The notes: a model not told the origin generated them from the letters alone. A stretch of DNA of 64,000 bases from Spirochaetota bacterium (GCA_963664815.2 CAXXHB010000003.1:2528001-2592000); one strand, 5' to 3'; numbered from the stretch's first letter, positions 1-11,341 are shown. Translations and numbers: made by a program.

Positions 1-1086
1 AATTTTGCCCGGATAAATCCGCTTGTTTCCTCCATTGTCTGGCTGAATTCCGGCTCACAGCATTTACTGTCAAGAAATGCGTGAGTAACCCCCTGGATGC
101 AGATATAACGCACCAGATTCCCCGCGTCAGAAAGCTTATCAGCAAACTTTTTCGCATCATCGCGCAGAATATCAAACTGGGCGGTTATTATCAGGGCCGG
201 AGGCATATTCCGGGCATCTGCATTCAGCGGCGATGCTCTGTATCCGGCTCTGATACCAGGATCCGGGATATAACATCGTATCACTTTTTTTAAAAATTCC
301 GAGTCAAGTCCGTAACCCGTCGAAAAACGTTTCATTGACTCTGCAGATGATTCGGCGAGATTGACTGCTGGATAATACAGAATTACACCCTTTATGCATC
401 GATTGCCAATTGATTCGAAAACAGCCGACGAGGCGGCGAGATTTCCTCCGGCGCTGTCACCAGCCAGATAAATCCGGGTTGGATCACCATTGTACCTGAA
501 AGCATTGAGACGCGCCCATTGTATCGTCCTGGCGCAATCCTCAAACGCAGCAGGATAGGGATTTTCCGGCGCAAGCCTGTAATCAACGGAAATAACTACA
601 GAACGGGCTGCACGGCAGATTCCTGAGGCTATATGAGCCGCTCCGGACGCTGATCCGAAGATCCATCCCCCCCCGTGGAGATATATCACAACGGGAAATC
701 TCTCAGTTGCGGTAAATTCATCCGGTGAATATATCCTGAGTTGAAGGTTTCCTGCCCCGTCTTTGACCGGAAGATTTTCGTATTTTATCCCTTTCATTGA
801 AAATGGTACCGGGGGGTTTGTGGTTTCATCCCGAAGCTTTTTCAACACAGAGTAATCACCCGCCAATGCTTTATCAAGGGCGCTGATCAGAAAGTCTGAA
901 AACTGTGCCGTATATTGCTTCAACTCGGCTGAGACTTCTGCCTTCAGATCCTTATCGGAGGGATTCTCCATGCATGTCGAAAACGTCCAATACTCCTGTT
1001 GACCTGATTTTGAACAACGGGATGGCAGAGCGGCAATAAGGCATACCCATAATGCCAAAACGACGGTTTTACCTGAAATTTTCATT
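1..1086 (-). pseudogene. alpha/beta hydrolase (GDXG lipase/esterase), frameshifted; runs off the window start
   Basis: ATG at 1086 with a signal-like N-terminus; YLHGGGW near 660-690; no continuous ORF in the track. Confidence 0.7.
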
Positions 1087-1226
1087 GTATCAACATCTCC
1101 TTATCTGTTATCCCTGACCTTATCTTGAAACCGGTATCAACCGCATAATCGGAATTTGATGAGATTTGCCATAAAAAATAACGAACAGGGATATCATTTT
1201 TATCAGAATAATATCCGTGCATAGTG

Positions 1227-2588
1227 CTAAACATAACGATACCTCGTACGGTTGCGTGAAAAGAAAAATACAGACACGCCCAGACTTATAAATTCGGCGA
1301 GCGGAACCGCCAGCCACACGCCTTTTACTCTGAGAAGCCCGGGAAGAGTTATGATGCCCAGCGCAATAAAGAAACTCCGTGAAAACGCAAGTATGGCGGA
1401 AAGTGTACCGTTAGAAAGCGCGGTGAACATCGCCGATGTAAAAATATTAAATCCGGCAAACAGAAACGCGAAAGGGAAAATAAAAAATCCTGTGCGGGTA
1501 ATAGCGTATACCTGTGAACCTTCAGGAGCGAAAATCCCGGCGAGCATTCCTCCGGAGGACAATGCAAAAACAGATACTGAAATTGAAACGGCGAGTATTA
1601 CAGTTGAAGAAATTTTAACTACCCTTTTAAGCTGCCGGTGATTACGACTTCCGTAATTGTAGCTTATTACCGGGGCTACGCCCATTGAGAAACCGATGAA
1701 GAATGTCGTTAAAAGGAACTGCGAGTAAATCATAATTGTTATCGCGGCAACGCCGTCCTCGCCTGCAAGCACCATCATTGCCGCGTTGAAAAGAAAAGTC
1801 GTTACTGCGGCTGAAAGCTGCCCTACCATCTCGGAAGAGCCGTTGAAGGCGCATTCGCCCAACACACGCAGGTCGGGTTTGTGTACCTGGAAAAAAAGCG
1901 TGCCACCATTATTGAGGAAGAAAAAGAGAATTCCGGCAACCGCCGGAATGGAATAGCCGATGCAGTTTGAAAACGCGGCTCCTTTGATTCCCATTGGAAA
2001 GACGAAGATGAAGAGGTAATCGAAAAACGCGTCAGCAAGACCCGCCGCGATGCAGAGCTTCATGCCAAGCCCCGGCTTTCCCGCCGTTACGAAGAGGCTG
2101 GCAAAGAGAACCTGCAGCATATTAACCGGAGCAAAGATCAGAAGCACCCCGAGATAGCTGCGGCAGTAGGGGAGAAGCGTGACGCTCGCTCCGAGTGCGT
2201 GAAGAAGCGGATCGAGATAAATCAGACCGGTTATGGTAAAAAGAATGCCGATTACAACAGTTGCAGCGGTAATCAGCGTGAAATCCCTGCGGGCCCCGCT
2301 GTCGTCTCCACACCCCATTTTCCGCGCGATGATGGCACTTCCGCCAGTTGCTAGCATCGTTGCAAGTCCGACAATGAGATTTATGACGGGTGTTACGATG
2401 TTGATCGCGGAAAGAGCATCAGTATTCACACCACGGGCGACGAAGATCGTATCGAGGATGGTATAAAGTCCGAAAAAAATCATCATCAGGATCGTCGGGA
2501 AAGCGAATCGGAAAAGCGAGCGTGCATCGAAATCCTCGGCAAGCGCGTTTTGCACGGGTGAAATATCTGTGGTTTGTTCATTAAACAT
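1227..2588 (-). CDS. MATE family efflux transporter
   Basis: 453 aa, about 12 TM segments, MATE motifs (LYTILDTIFVAR, GIKGAA, GVWLAVPLAE). Confidence 0.93.
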   Translation of the reverse strand: MFNEQTTDISPVQNALAEDFDARSLFRFAFPTILMMIFFGLYTILDTIFVARGVNTDALSAINIVTPVINLIVGLATMLATGGSAIIARKMGCGDDSGARRDFTLITAATVVIGILFTITGLIYLDPLLHALGASVTLLPYCRSYLGVLLIFAPVNMLQVLFASLFVTAGKPGLGMKLCIAAGLADAFFDYLFIFVFPMGIKGAAFSNCIGYSIPAVAGILFFFLNNGGTLFFQVHKPDLRVLGECAFNGSSEMVGQLSAAVTTFLFNAAMMVLAGEDGVAAITIMIYSQFLLTTFFIGFSMGVAPVISYNYGSRNHRQLKRVVKISSTVILAVSISVSVFALSSGGMLAGIFAPEGSQVYAITRTGFFIFPFAFLFAGFNIFTSAMFTALSNGTLSAILAFSRSFFIALGIITLPGLLRVKGVWLAVPLAEFISLGVSVFFFSRNRTRYRYV

Positions 2589-3236
2589 ATATCATATCCT
2601 TTTGTGTGTTATAGCATTTGACGAAATAATTTATACGCTGTCATTCCGAGCCATAGCACCCGACTTTTCACGATAAAATGTGATGATTGTCTGTTTATGC
2701 CCAATCCGCCCCCCGATCGATTTGATAAAAAGCGTATGCGCGATGAATCGATTGCGACAAAGCGGATATATTCCCGAAATCCCGATGCCTGACATGTTAT
2801 TGTCATTCATACAAGATTGTATATCATACAACAGATGCTGACGTCTTCATCGTTATTGCGCTTTATCTTATTTTCCCTGACCTGACAGTTGCAATTAATA
2901 ATATAAAGAGAAGCATTGAGGTTTATTGAAGAGAAGGCACTTGCCCATTGTGGGTTATTTATATAGTGGTATACAATGACCGGGCAGTTTTAAAAGTTAA
3001 ATGATATAAAGAAAGTTACACAATTTATGAGCTGTACAGTAAGTTTGAAAGATATTGTTGCTGCTGAATCATTTTTTTATTAATCTGAGACCGTGAAAGT
3101 ATTGTTTAATAACTACGGGGAAGAGAAGAAAAACAAAGTGTCTTTAACTATAATGAAGTATTTTATAACAGTAAAATATGGTATGAATCTTTGGCAATAC
3201 CGTTTTTACCCAGGTGGAATATTAATTGTTTCATCA

Positions 3237-4139
3237 TCAAGAATAGTGAGTATCCCTGGGTATATTCGTCAATATGACCATCTTCTGTGTCGGGTAACCG
3301 AACTCTAAAAGGAGTTCCCCTTCGGCAAATCCCAATTTTTCAAGAGTGTTACGGTGTCCGGTATCAGCTTTATCTCCCTTGCGATAAGAAGTGGTGCTTA
3401 TCTCTTTATGCTCGGACAGTTCACTCATTGCTTTCATAAGGAGCGTGTGAGCTGCCATACCTTGATTGCGATAGAACGGATGTATTCCCAAAAAATCAAT
3501 GCTTCCGGACTTATGCGAAATCATCAGGAGGCCAATGGCAATATCGCCCTGTTTCATAATAAAGGCTCCTTTCTGTGCAATATAACGTTTCAGCGTATCT
3601 ATATGCTCATTTTCGTTTAAACAGGGAAATCCGTCTATAACGAGTCTAAGTAAACGCATCCACTCCGGAATATCTTCCTCACAGGCTAAAATGATTATTT
3701 GATACGTGTGCCATTTGGCCCTGGAATTTGCCCTGAGCGCGGACTCGTCGAATTCGAAACGCATCTGAAGCGGGTAGAATTTCTCATTTTCACGGAACCG
3801 GCTGGGCGGCAGCTTATATCTCGATTTAAAGACAGATGAGAACGCCTGCTGGCTTTCGTACCCCGCATTCAGGGCAATCTCGACAATTGGTTTTTCCGAA
3901 AAAACGAGTAACGCAGCGGCTTCGGTAAGACGCCTCCGCTGGATATAATCATGCATTGTAAGCCCGACTGTCTTTGTAAAAATGCGGTGAAGGTGATAAC
4001 GCGAATAGCCAAGTTCATCTGCCACAGTCTCAAGAGAAAGAGATTCTGCAAGGTTTGCTTCAATGTGGTCGATTGTTGCAACGACGATTTCTATTTTTCC
4101 CATAATTTTGCCTTTCATTTCCGGCAGTATATCATACAT
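3237..4139 (-). CDS. AraC-family regulator with C-terminal GNAT-like domain
   Basis: N-terminal AraC HTH (YSRYHLHRIF, IALNAGYESQQAF); C-terminal FLGIHPFYRNQG acetyl-CoA motif. Confidence 0.88.
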   Translation of the reverse strand: MYDILPEMKGKIMGKIEIVVATIDHIEANLAESLSLETVADELGYSRYHLHRIFTKTVGLTMHDYIQRRRLTEAAALLVFSEKPIVEIALNAGYESQQAFSSVFKSRYKLPPSRFRENEKFYPLQMRFEFDESALRANSRAKWHTYQIIILACEEDIPEWMRLLRLVIDGFPCLNENEHIDTLKRYIAQKGAFIMKQGDIAIGLLMISHKSGSIDFLGIHPFYRNQGMAAHTLLMKAMSELSEHKEISTTSYRKGDKADTGHRNTLEKLGFAEGELLLEFGYPTQKMVILTNIPRDTHYS

Positions 4140-4316
4140 CCGGAGTGTATGTCTTCATCATTCTTGCGCTTTTTTATTACATCACTTCGGTATAGCTCAT
4201 TTCGAAAATCTCGATACAGGCAGTGCATCGCCCGTTATATGCCGTCAGGTGATAATTGAGTCTGCCGGAATGCTGACATCCTTTAGCAACCTCATCCACA
4301 TCTTCAAAGGGAGCGG

Positions 4317-4364
4317 AGGCCAGGCCGGTACTCCGGCGCAGCATTTTTTGCCGCCGTTATGTGC
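4317..4364 (-). repeat. partial attC (R''-side arm)
   Basis: ggccaggccggtactccggcgcagc...gttatgtgc matches the corresponding arm of the intact attC at 39678-39723. Confidence 0.65.
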
Positions 4365-4508
4365 TGTGGCTTCATCTTATATGTAATTGATGTTAAAAAT
4401 TCTTCTTGCAACTTTTAACATCAATTATTCAGACAATTCGCTGAAACATTAAATCTCCTCTAAATTGCAGGCAGTAAATTAAGATGTCACCGTGTGAAGA
4501 TTTATTAT

Positions 4509-4901
4509 TCATTCCTTATCTAACCAGTTGATCGCATCTTCTTCTTTTGTAAACCAATGTTCAGATTCAGACGCTAAGTTATCATATTGATTATTCAAGA
4601 TGGCTAAATGAATATTTTTGTAAAATAATTGCTGGTTAAATACATTACGAAATATTTTTGATAATTTATTATGTGTTTCGATGCTCTCCCAATCAACTTT
4701 ACGAACATCATATATGACTTTTATATGTTCTTGAGATAATGAAAGATTGTTAAAATATTCAGCCAACATTTTCATTCCGGAGAGACCTTTTTCAAATGTG
4801 ATTTTACCTGAATAATCAATCATATATATATTTTTATCTTTTATATGATGTATAAACGTCATGGCAAGTAATCCTATATTGAATAATTTTATTCCACACA
4901 A
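4509..4901 (-). CDS. hypothetical cassette protein (STAS/SEC14, SpoIIAA-like)
   Basis: C-terminal FTKEEDAINWL motif; lies upstream of the partial attC. Confidence 0.55.
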   Translation of the reverse strand: MCGIKLFNIGLLAMTFIHHIKDKNIYMIDYSGKITFEKGLSGMKMLAEYFNNLSLSQEHIKVIYDVRKVDWESIETHNKLSKIFRNVFNQQLFYKNIHLAILNNQYDNLASESEHWFTKEEDAINWLDKE

Positions 4902-4916
4902 CTATCAGTCTTACTC

Positions 4917-5045
4917 TCAATATTCTTTCCTGTTTTTCATATTATCTTTCCACTGGCCTGTATATACCCCGGAGTATCCACAATCATTCCAACTGTATGT
5001 ACCATATCCATTTTTCATACCATCTTTCCACTTGCCATAATACGA
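4917..5045 (-). pseudogene. MORN-repeat gene fragment
   Basis: minus strand translates YYGKWKDGMKNGYGTYSW...YTGQWKD. Confidence 0.6.
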
Positions 5046-5172
5046 TTCAGCATAGAATGAATTTTCTATCTCTCGATTTATCTATAAAGTAATCTGAAGT
5101 AAACATCAGAAAGTATTCAACCAATAAATTCCGGTTTGTGAAAAAGGTTAAAGAGTATGTAAGTGAGGTACA

Positions 5173-5200
5173 AGTTGTCCATTTTTTCGTGGAAATGTCA
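5173..5200. mobile_element. orphan IS3-like terminal inverted repeat
   Basis: tgtccattttttcgtggaaatgtca resembles the IS3 right end at 23068-23095. Confidence 0.5.
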
Positions 5201-5262
5201 AAATATATATTTTAATATTTAACTGCGTAGTTTTATATTAATAAAACAACAGGAGGTAATCA

Positions 5263-6261
5263 ATGAAACAGTTACCCATTTTCAGCATAATAATTATATG
5301 TTTTTTTTACTTTGGTTGTGGCTCTAAATATTGTGCCATGCAAAAAGATACAGTTGGAGCTTTGAAATATAGTGAAGCAAAACAATCAATACAGTGGCAT
5401 AAAGATTTGATAATGAGATTACGAAATAATAATTCCGGGGATACAAACAATAGGCTTTCAGCCATTGGTCATGCGGCAGGTTCATATCAACAATACCCAA
5501 TAGATATATCACTGCCTTCAGATAAAAAAGTTTCTGAATTGATACTCGATAGTATAAAAACACATGATCTTAATGGAATTGAAATAGATGTTCAAATTGA
5601 TAAATCCGGAGATGTATATGTAACTCATGATAGAATAATAGGTGATGATAAGGAGAATATTAAGCAAATTAATAAAAACAGTGAAAAACTGAATGAAGTC
5701 ATAACAACGATATATAAAAACGGATTAAATAATGATATACGTTTATTCATTGAATTAAAAACTTCTTCTCAAGAAGTTACAGATATAGATGAATTATTAA
5801 TAAATGGCATATTAAAATCTATAAAATATGGCATCGATAATAAATCTTTTCAAAATAAAATTCTAAATAATATTTCATTTATTTCATTTAATTATAACAT
5901 GCTTAAAAAGTTCCACGATGAAAATAAAAAAATTGGAATAGTAAACTTCCGATTATATCAAATTATTGCATCCAGCTATAATAAACTATTAACATGGTGC
6001 ATCTGTCCAGCTTTCAGCGTACTAAATGTTGATTTATTGAAAAAAGATGATATTCTTACCGGAATTTGGTTTGATCCAAAAGGAATACCTGATTTTACTA
6101 CAGCTTTTAATGAAATAAATAATTATAGAAAGAACAAAGCTTATGAAATATATATTTCTACTTATGGACTTAGTAAAGACTCTTATGTAAAAGCTTTAAA
6201 AAAGAATAAAGAAGGATTACGTAACATTACTGGTTTGATTTTTGATATCCAAAGACCCTAA
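5263..6261 (+). CDS. glycerophosphodiester phosphodiesterase-like lipoprotein
   Basis: IGH, GIEIDVQ..VYVTHD, LFIELK and FISFN motifs; lipobox-like FGC; ggagg RBS. Confidence 0.75.
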   Translation: MKQLPIFSIIIICFFYFGCGSKYCAMQKDTVGALKYSEAKQSIQWHKDLIMRLRNNNSGDTNNRLSAIGHAAGSYQQYPIDISLPSDKKVSELILDSIKTHDLNGIEIDVQIDKSGDVYVTHDRIIGDDKENIKQINKNSEKLNEVITTIYKNGLNNDIRLFIELKTSSQEVTDIDELLINGILKSIKYGIDNKSFQNKILNNISFISFNYNMLKKFHDENKKIGIVNFRLYQIIASSYNKLLTWCICPAFSVLNVDLLKKDDILTGIWFDPKGIPDFTTAFNEINNYRKNKAYEIYISTYGLSKDSYVKALKKNKEGLRNITGLIFDIQRP

Positions 6262-6262
6262 C

Positions 6263-6482
6263 AGCTTTTGAGATTTTGCATAAAATCGCCATTTACAGTC
6301 TCTCCGCTGATTGGAGAAATATTTATTTTACAGGATTATTATTTTTTCCGGTAAAATCACCGGATTATTACTGCATGTTATTTCAAAGACCGGAAGAAAA
6401 CAATGTTAAAATTCCTATGACTGTTCTGAGTATAATCGAAACATGTTCTGCCCGATGCCAGCGATTTCGTTCAACAAAAGTT
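6263..6482 (+). repeat. repeat B (IS91-like end) with collapsed repeat A
   Basis: gcttttgagattttgcataaaatcgcc...cgttcaac-aaaa-gttatgcg; the hairpin between AAC and GTT is missing. Confidence 0.85.
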
Positions 6483-7128
6483 ATGCGTTGTGCCCGAATA
6501 CTTTTTCAATTTCTTGATAAATCCAAAAATCATCTTTATTGCTATCCAGCTCATTCTTATAAAAATATTTTGATAATACCCATAATCCCATATCTATTTT
6601 TTTATAATCTTTTATTGTAACGCCAAAACGTTCAAGGATTGTATCGATTGCTTTTTTATATAGATCATAAATCTTGAAATCTAATAATTTTTTACCTTTA
6701 ATCATTCCTGTCGATAATAGTATATTTTTAATAAAATCTGAAACCATATTATCGTATATTGGATACTTCGATGGATTATGTAAAGAACAATATTTCGTTG
6801 CAAAAGAATAAAAATCATATTCCTTCCCTCCTTTTGACTTAATCCCATGACCAAGTCGAATTTTATCAACGACTGAAAGCTCTCCTTTTGATAACATATC
6901 ATCAATATTTTTTATAGATAATATATGATTGGACAAGCTGATAACGTCGAAAACTGGTGTAGAATATAATGTTTTTATAACTGTTGTCTTTAATAAAACA
7001 TCTTCAATTTTTTGGTTTAGGGGTATTGCCTTCAGTAATTTTTCAATTGCATTATCAGACAGTCCATAGCGAGGATGTCGTAAGAATATATCTTGGCATT
7101 TAGTAATACTTTCATTCGATAATATCAT
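6481..7128 (-). CDS. hypothetical cassette protein (helix-hairpin-helix glycosylase-like)
   Basis: YSFATKYCSLHNP..YPIYD motif; stop codon TAA lies inside the R'' box (gcaTAAc). Confidence 0.65.
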   Translation of the reverse strand: MILSNESITKCQDIFLRHPRYGLSDNAIEKLLKAIPLNQKIEDVLLKTTVIKTLYSTPVFDVISLSNHILSIKNIDDMLSKGELSVVDKIRLGHGIKSKGGKEYDFYSFATKYCSLHNPSKYPIYDNMVSDFIKNILLSTGMIKGKKLLDFKIYDLYKKAIDTILERFGVTIKDYKKIDMGLWVLSKYFYKNELDSNKDDFWIYQEIEKVFGHNA

Positions 7129-7181
7129 TTTTAATTCACCCTTTCATATAATTAATTCATTAATCATGTTCCCATCATTCA

Positions 7182-7936
7182 GAAATGTCACTCCTGGAGA
7201 CACCCTTTTTATGCATTATAATCACTTGATCAACATACTCCCGCTTCTTCATTATTTTGAAATACTGTCGAGATTTCCCAAGACTCTGTTCATTGTTAGC
7301 AACTCTCAATGATTCAAGTTTATATCCGTACTAAGGATGAACATTCTATATCCGGTTTTGTTTTAATTCTTCTCCGGATTCAGTTGCCACTTTCTCATTT
7401 AGATAAAACCGGAAATCATATGGGAAAGATATATCCCCTGATCTATAATGACTTGTCACCAAGCTGTGACCATATACCGTTCTGCCTTTTGAATGAGAAT
7501 AATGCCACCCGAGACTTTCTATCTTCTTCGGTTTTCCCGGCTTCTCTATCACAGTATCATCTATTATTAAAAAGCCTGTCCCGTTTTTCTTCGCGATACA
7601 TTTTAAAATTCCTGTTAAATATTAAAAGATCTTTAAAGGTCCAATCTGTGTCTCTTATAAACATTATATCATTACTAACATCTCTTGTGTCAACCTGAAT
7701 GGAGTTGAGACTTGAGATTGTATGACGACCATCATATTCTATTATCCCATTCAGCATCTTATTAAAATGCCTCATTTGCTATTTTGAAAAAATTTCTTTC
7801 ACGCTGTAAAATATCTGTCTTCTGTAATCTGTTTTTTATTTATTAGAATTTTTCAAATACTATTCATAATGGAGTAAAAATTAATACTATTTTTATCCCA
7901 TTATCTTTTTTCTTTTAAAAAAACGCCTAGCTCAAA
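7182..7936 (-). mobile_element. IS701-family derivative, internally deleted and degenerate
   Basis: homologous to 35386-36697; same two internal deletions as 19365-20189; left end lost. Confidence 0.85.
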
Positions 7937-8148
7937 TAACTTATTAACTATCAGAAATGTTTTTTAAGTTCATGGAATCATTTTTATACAGAACTTTTCC
8001 TGTTTGAAAAACTTAAGCCCTGTTCAATAACAAAATAATAAAAAAAATGACCAGATTTATAAAACTGGTCGAATTCCCACCGGAACAAACTGTAGAATGC
8101 AGAAAATAAAAATGCGTATAAATACATAATTAAGAGATCATAATAACA

Positions 8149-9567
8149 ATGAAGCGAATTTTGCCGATCATTTTAGCTGCTTTGTTTTGTGCCGCCCCCC
8201 TCAGCGCTGAATACCTTTTTCTGACAGACGGTTCAATAATCGGCGGCAGCATAATAAGCGAAACTGTTACAGCCGTTGTCTTCCGCTCCGCCAGAGATAA
8301 AAAGGTAACAAGATATCCGCGGACCAATGTAATGAGGGTTCTATACACCGAACTCAACATGGGCCGTCTCTATGTTCAGATGAAGAGCGGCGACAATATG
8401 CTGTTATTCATGGTGGATGAAGACCGCACCACATACACCTTCCGCAAAGAACTTTACAAACCGGAAGAACTGAAACTTGAACGGGCTGATGTGCTTTTTG
8501 TGGCAGAACGCAACCCTTCTAAACTTATCGGTAAAGCGGATTATACATCCATTGAAATTGAATGGTATCCCCCTTTTGACGAGATGAAATATTACAATAT
8601 CTACATCAAGAATAAAAAGGAGGACCCGTTTATCGTTGCCGGAACATCTTCAAAAAAATCATTTCATCTGAAAAATCTCAAAGGCAACACAAAATATCTT
8701 ATCTCTGTAACAGGTGTTGATAAAAATAAGGAAGAAACACCACATAGCAACCTTCTTGAGATATCCACACTAAATACTTTACCATACGCACCCGGAGGAT
8801 TGGAGGTTACAGCCAATGAAAATGGTACTGTAACAGCCCAATGGAAGCCGGCAGTTGACCCAGACGGAATAGTGAAAAAATACAGGGTTTTTATTGTCAA
8901 AGGAAAAGATCGAACACTGTTTGGTGAAACAGAGGGCACGCGGATTGTTATAACCAAAAGCCCCTTGAAGATAGACCGTATCCAGGTTGTCTCCGTTGAC
9001 AACAGCGGGGCTGAATCTAAAATCTCCGACATCCGGGCTTTTCAGCCATATACCGGCAGACTGGCGTTTACGCCAATGCTTTTATTCCCCTTTGCTGAGT
9101 TCGGAAAGATGGGATCTGTGGGGTACGGCGGAACGGTTTCATATCTCCATAATGACATTTTTTTCAGGAATACACGAATCGGTCTGGAAGGCGGGTACTT
9201 TTATATTCCGGGAGTGAATTCTCTCAATGATTCTGGCCAGAAGGTTGAAAGAATCAATTTTGTTCCCTTTGGAATAAAGACGGGGTACCAGTTTAATACA
9301 AAAGGCGGATTATACTTATCACCTGCGGTGACCGCCGGGGCGGCGTATATAGACACCGCGTGTGTCAACAGCAGCAAAAATACAGGTATTCTCACTGACA
9401 ACGCGCACAGCGGAATTGATATGATGACGCTTGTATCAGTTAGCGCGGGGTGGAATATTTCAGAAAACTTTTTTTGGGGAATACGCGGAGACTACGGTAT
9501 CCTTTTCGAGAAGGATAAGCTGCTTCATTTCGCCCTTTGCGGTATAGATATGGGCTGGAGGTTCTGA
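8149..9567 (+). CDS. secreted fibronectin type III protein with C-terminal outer-membrane beta-barrel
   Basis: signal peptide, two Fn3-like repeats (LKGNTKYLISVTGVD; W..AVD), terminal GWRF. Confidence 0.75.
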   Translation: MKRILPIILAALFCAAPLSAEYLFLTDGSIIGGSIISETVTAVVFRSARDKKVTRYPRTNVMRVLYTELNMGRLYVQMKSGDNMLLFMVDEDRTTYTFRKELYKPEELKLERADVLFVAERNPSKLIGKADYTSIEIEWYPPFDEMKYYNIYIKNKKEDPFIVAGTSSKKSFHLKNLKGNTKYLISVTGVDKNKEETPHSNLLEISTLNTLPYAPGGLEVTANENGTVTAQWKPAVDPDGIVKKYRVFIVKGKDRTLFGETEGTRIVITKSPLKIDRIQVVSVDNSGAESKISDIRAFQPYTGRLAFTPMLLFPFAEFGKMGSVGYGGTVSYLHNDIFFRNTRIGLEGGYFYIPGVNSLNDSGQKVERINFVPFGIKTGYQFNTKGGLYLSPAVTAGAAYIDTACVNSSKNTGILTDNAHSGIDMMTLVSVSAGWNISENFFWGIRGDYGILFEKDKLLHFALCGIDMGWRF

Positions 9568-9569
9568 TA

Positions 9570-10475
9570 ATGAAAAGAAAATTATTGCTGCTTGTGGTTG
9601 CGGTGTCTCTTCTTTCCTGCAACAACGTGCTGATGGATACCTATGATGAACGATGGAAAGATGAAGCGGTAAACAGTGCAACGGATGGCAGTCAGGAGAT
9701 AACTGCCGCGATATCGGGTGTTACCGCGCCGGTTCTGGGAGCGACTCCGGTAACAAAAATAACAGATACAGACCAGTACACGGGTACTGTTTCCTGGGAC
9801 GGAGGATGGTCATGGTCTTCGCGTTTTGGCGGCAATAAAGCGTATACTGCAACAATAACCCTTACAGCCAAATCCGGTTACTCCTTTACCGGCATTGCGG
9901 CAAACCATTTTACTATCGCAGGTGCAACGAGTGTATTAAACAGTGCTGGTTCAGGCGTGGTGACGGCGGTATTTCCTGCTACAGCCGCAGTGGTTGTAGG
10001 TGATTCAGCCCTGGGGGGGAAGGTTTTATACATACTGGCATCGGGGGACACCGGATATGTTGCCGGAGAACAGCGGGGACTTATTGCAGCCAATTCGGAA
10101 CAGACTACAGGGATCCAGTGGAGTACTCTATCATCATATTCCTTTGGCACTCAAACAGCGCTGGGGACCGGATCTGCCAATACAGATAAAATAATAGCTG
10201 CGTGCGGCGCCGGTACAAACTATGCTGCCGGTCTGGCGCGGTCGTATACTGGCGGCGGATATACTGACTGGTATCTTCCGTCAGAAGATGAATTGACGAT
10301 AATCAGTAATAACAGAAGTACTATCGGCAATTTATCCGAGAGTGACTATTACTGGTGTTCGAGCGAAGTCGCTTACCCGAACTCAGCGCGGGCCATCCTC
10401 ATCAACGGAGGATTCAAATCTCAGGCGAGTATAAGTGGTACTACACTCAGGTTCCGGGCCATACGTTCTTTTTAG
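9570..10475 (+). CDS. lipoprotein with C-terminal DUF1566/CLec-like domain
   Basis: lipobox SLLSC; DWYLPS.DEL, YWCSSE, RFRAIRSF. Confidence 0.8.
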   Translation: MKRKLLLLVVAVSLLSCNNVLMDTYDERWKDEAVNSATDGSQEITAAISGVTAPVLGATPVTKITDTDQYTGTVSWDGGWSWSSRFGGNKAYTATITLTAKSGYSFTGIAANHFTIAGATSVLNSAGSGVVTAVFPATAAVVVGDSALGGKVLYILASGDTGYVAGEQRGLIAANSEQTTGIQWSTLSSYSFGTQTALGTGSANTDKIIAACGAGTNYAAGLARSYTGGGYTDWYLPSEDELTIISNNRSTIGNLSESDYYWCSSEVAYPNSARAILINGGFKSQASISGTTLRFRAIRSF

Positions 10476-10642
10476 TTAAATATTTTCCATACGCTCCTGT
10501 GGATGGAAAATCAGCACATAACTGCCGTTAAATTTCAATCAATTTATATTTTTTTCTACAGGCTCGTTATTCGATGTGGTCGGGTTACAACAGGTTTTTT
10601 GAGATTGAGGATGTCGAAATCAATACAAAAATGTAAAAATCG

Positions 10643-10942
10643 CTACTTTATCTTTTTTAATTTAATCTCAGGAGTAGCACCTAGTGCAAGAGCAACTTTT
10701 CTAAGAAAAGAAAGAGAAACATTTTTATAATTTCCAGATTCAAGACGTGCAATTGCCGGTTGTGAAGTCCCAACTTTCAACGCCAATTCTTTTTGAGTCA
10801 GATTATTAGTTTTTCTTAATTTTATAATTTCTTTGGCAAGAGCAAATTCTTCATTATATGATTCATATGCTTCTTTGAAATCTTTATCCTTCAATTCTTT
10901 TTCAAGTAAAGAATCAAAATTGTATGATTTAATTTTTCTCAT
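10643..10942 (-). CDS. XRE HTH antitoxin (HigA-like)
   Basis: LTQKELALKVGTSQPAIARLESG; downstream of a RelE-like gene. Confidence 0.85.
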   Translation of the reverse strand: MRKIKSYNFDSLLEKELKDKDFKEAYESYNEEFALAKEIIKLRKTNNLTQKELALKVGTSQPAIARLESGNYKNVSLSFLRKVALALGATPEIKLKKIK

Positions 10943-10980
10943 GATTTTGCTCCATGTATGTTTTCATTAATTCTATCGCT

Positions 10981-11187
10981 TTACTTATCTGCTTTTATCA
11001 GTTTATCATCTTTTTTAATAAAACCTGAAGTGATGATATAAATCGAAGATTTAGAATGAGGTTCTTTCAGAAATGGTCCAAATTCTTTCAATAACCCAAT
11101 AGTTCTATATGTCTTTGCTCTGAATTTTGTTTCAAGAGAAGAAATAAATTCATATGCCGTATCAAGAATTTCTATTTTGTAATTCAT
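10981..11187 (-). pseudogene. RelE/HigB (Gp49-like) toxin with internal deletion
   Basis: LKEFGPFLKEPHSK joins directly to IITSGFIKK; the ELR...R.FY core is missing. Confidence 0.7.
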
Positions 11188-11195
11188 ATTAAATA

Positions 11196-11223
11196 AGTAT
11201 ACCAAATGTGGTATACTTGTCAA
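11196..11223 (-). promoter_or_regulatory. sigma70 promoter with palindromic TA operator
   Basis: TTGACA-16-TATACT overlapping the inverted repeat agtatacca..tggtatact. Confidence 0.7.
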
Positions 11224-11307
11224 ACAATAAATGTTTTATTAAAACGGCACAGGACCCGAAAGCCAATTTGACGAGCCAGCTTCTCAAGGCGAGTGCCAAG
11301 GAACAAA

Positions 11308-11333
11308 CGCGTTGTAAGTGTTGTTGTACTTAG
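11308..11333 (-). repeat. partial attC (R''/L'' arm)
   Basis: gcgttgtaagtgttgttgtact resembles gcgttgtaagcgttgttaggtg of the intact attC. Confidence 0.65.
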
Positions 11334-11341
11334 TGGCAAAA

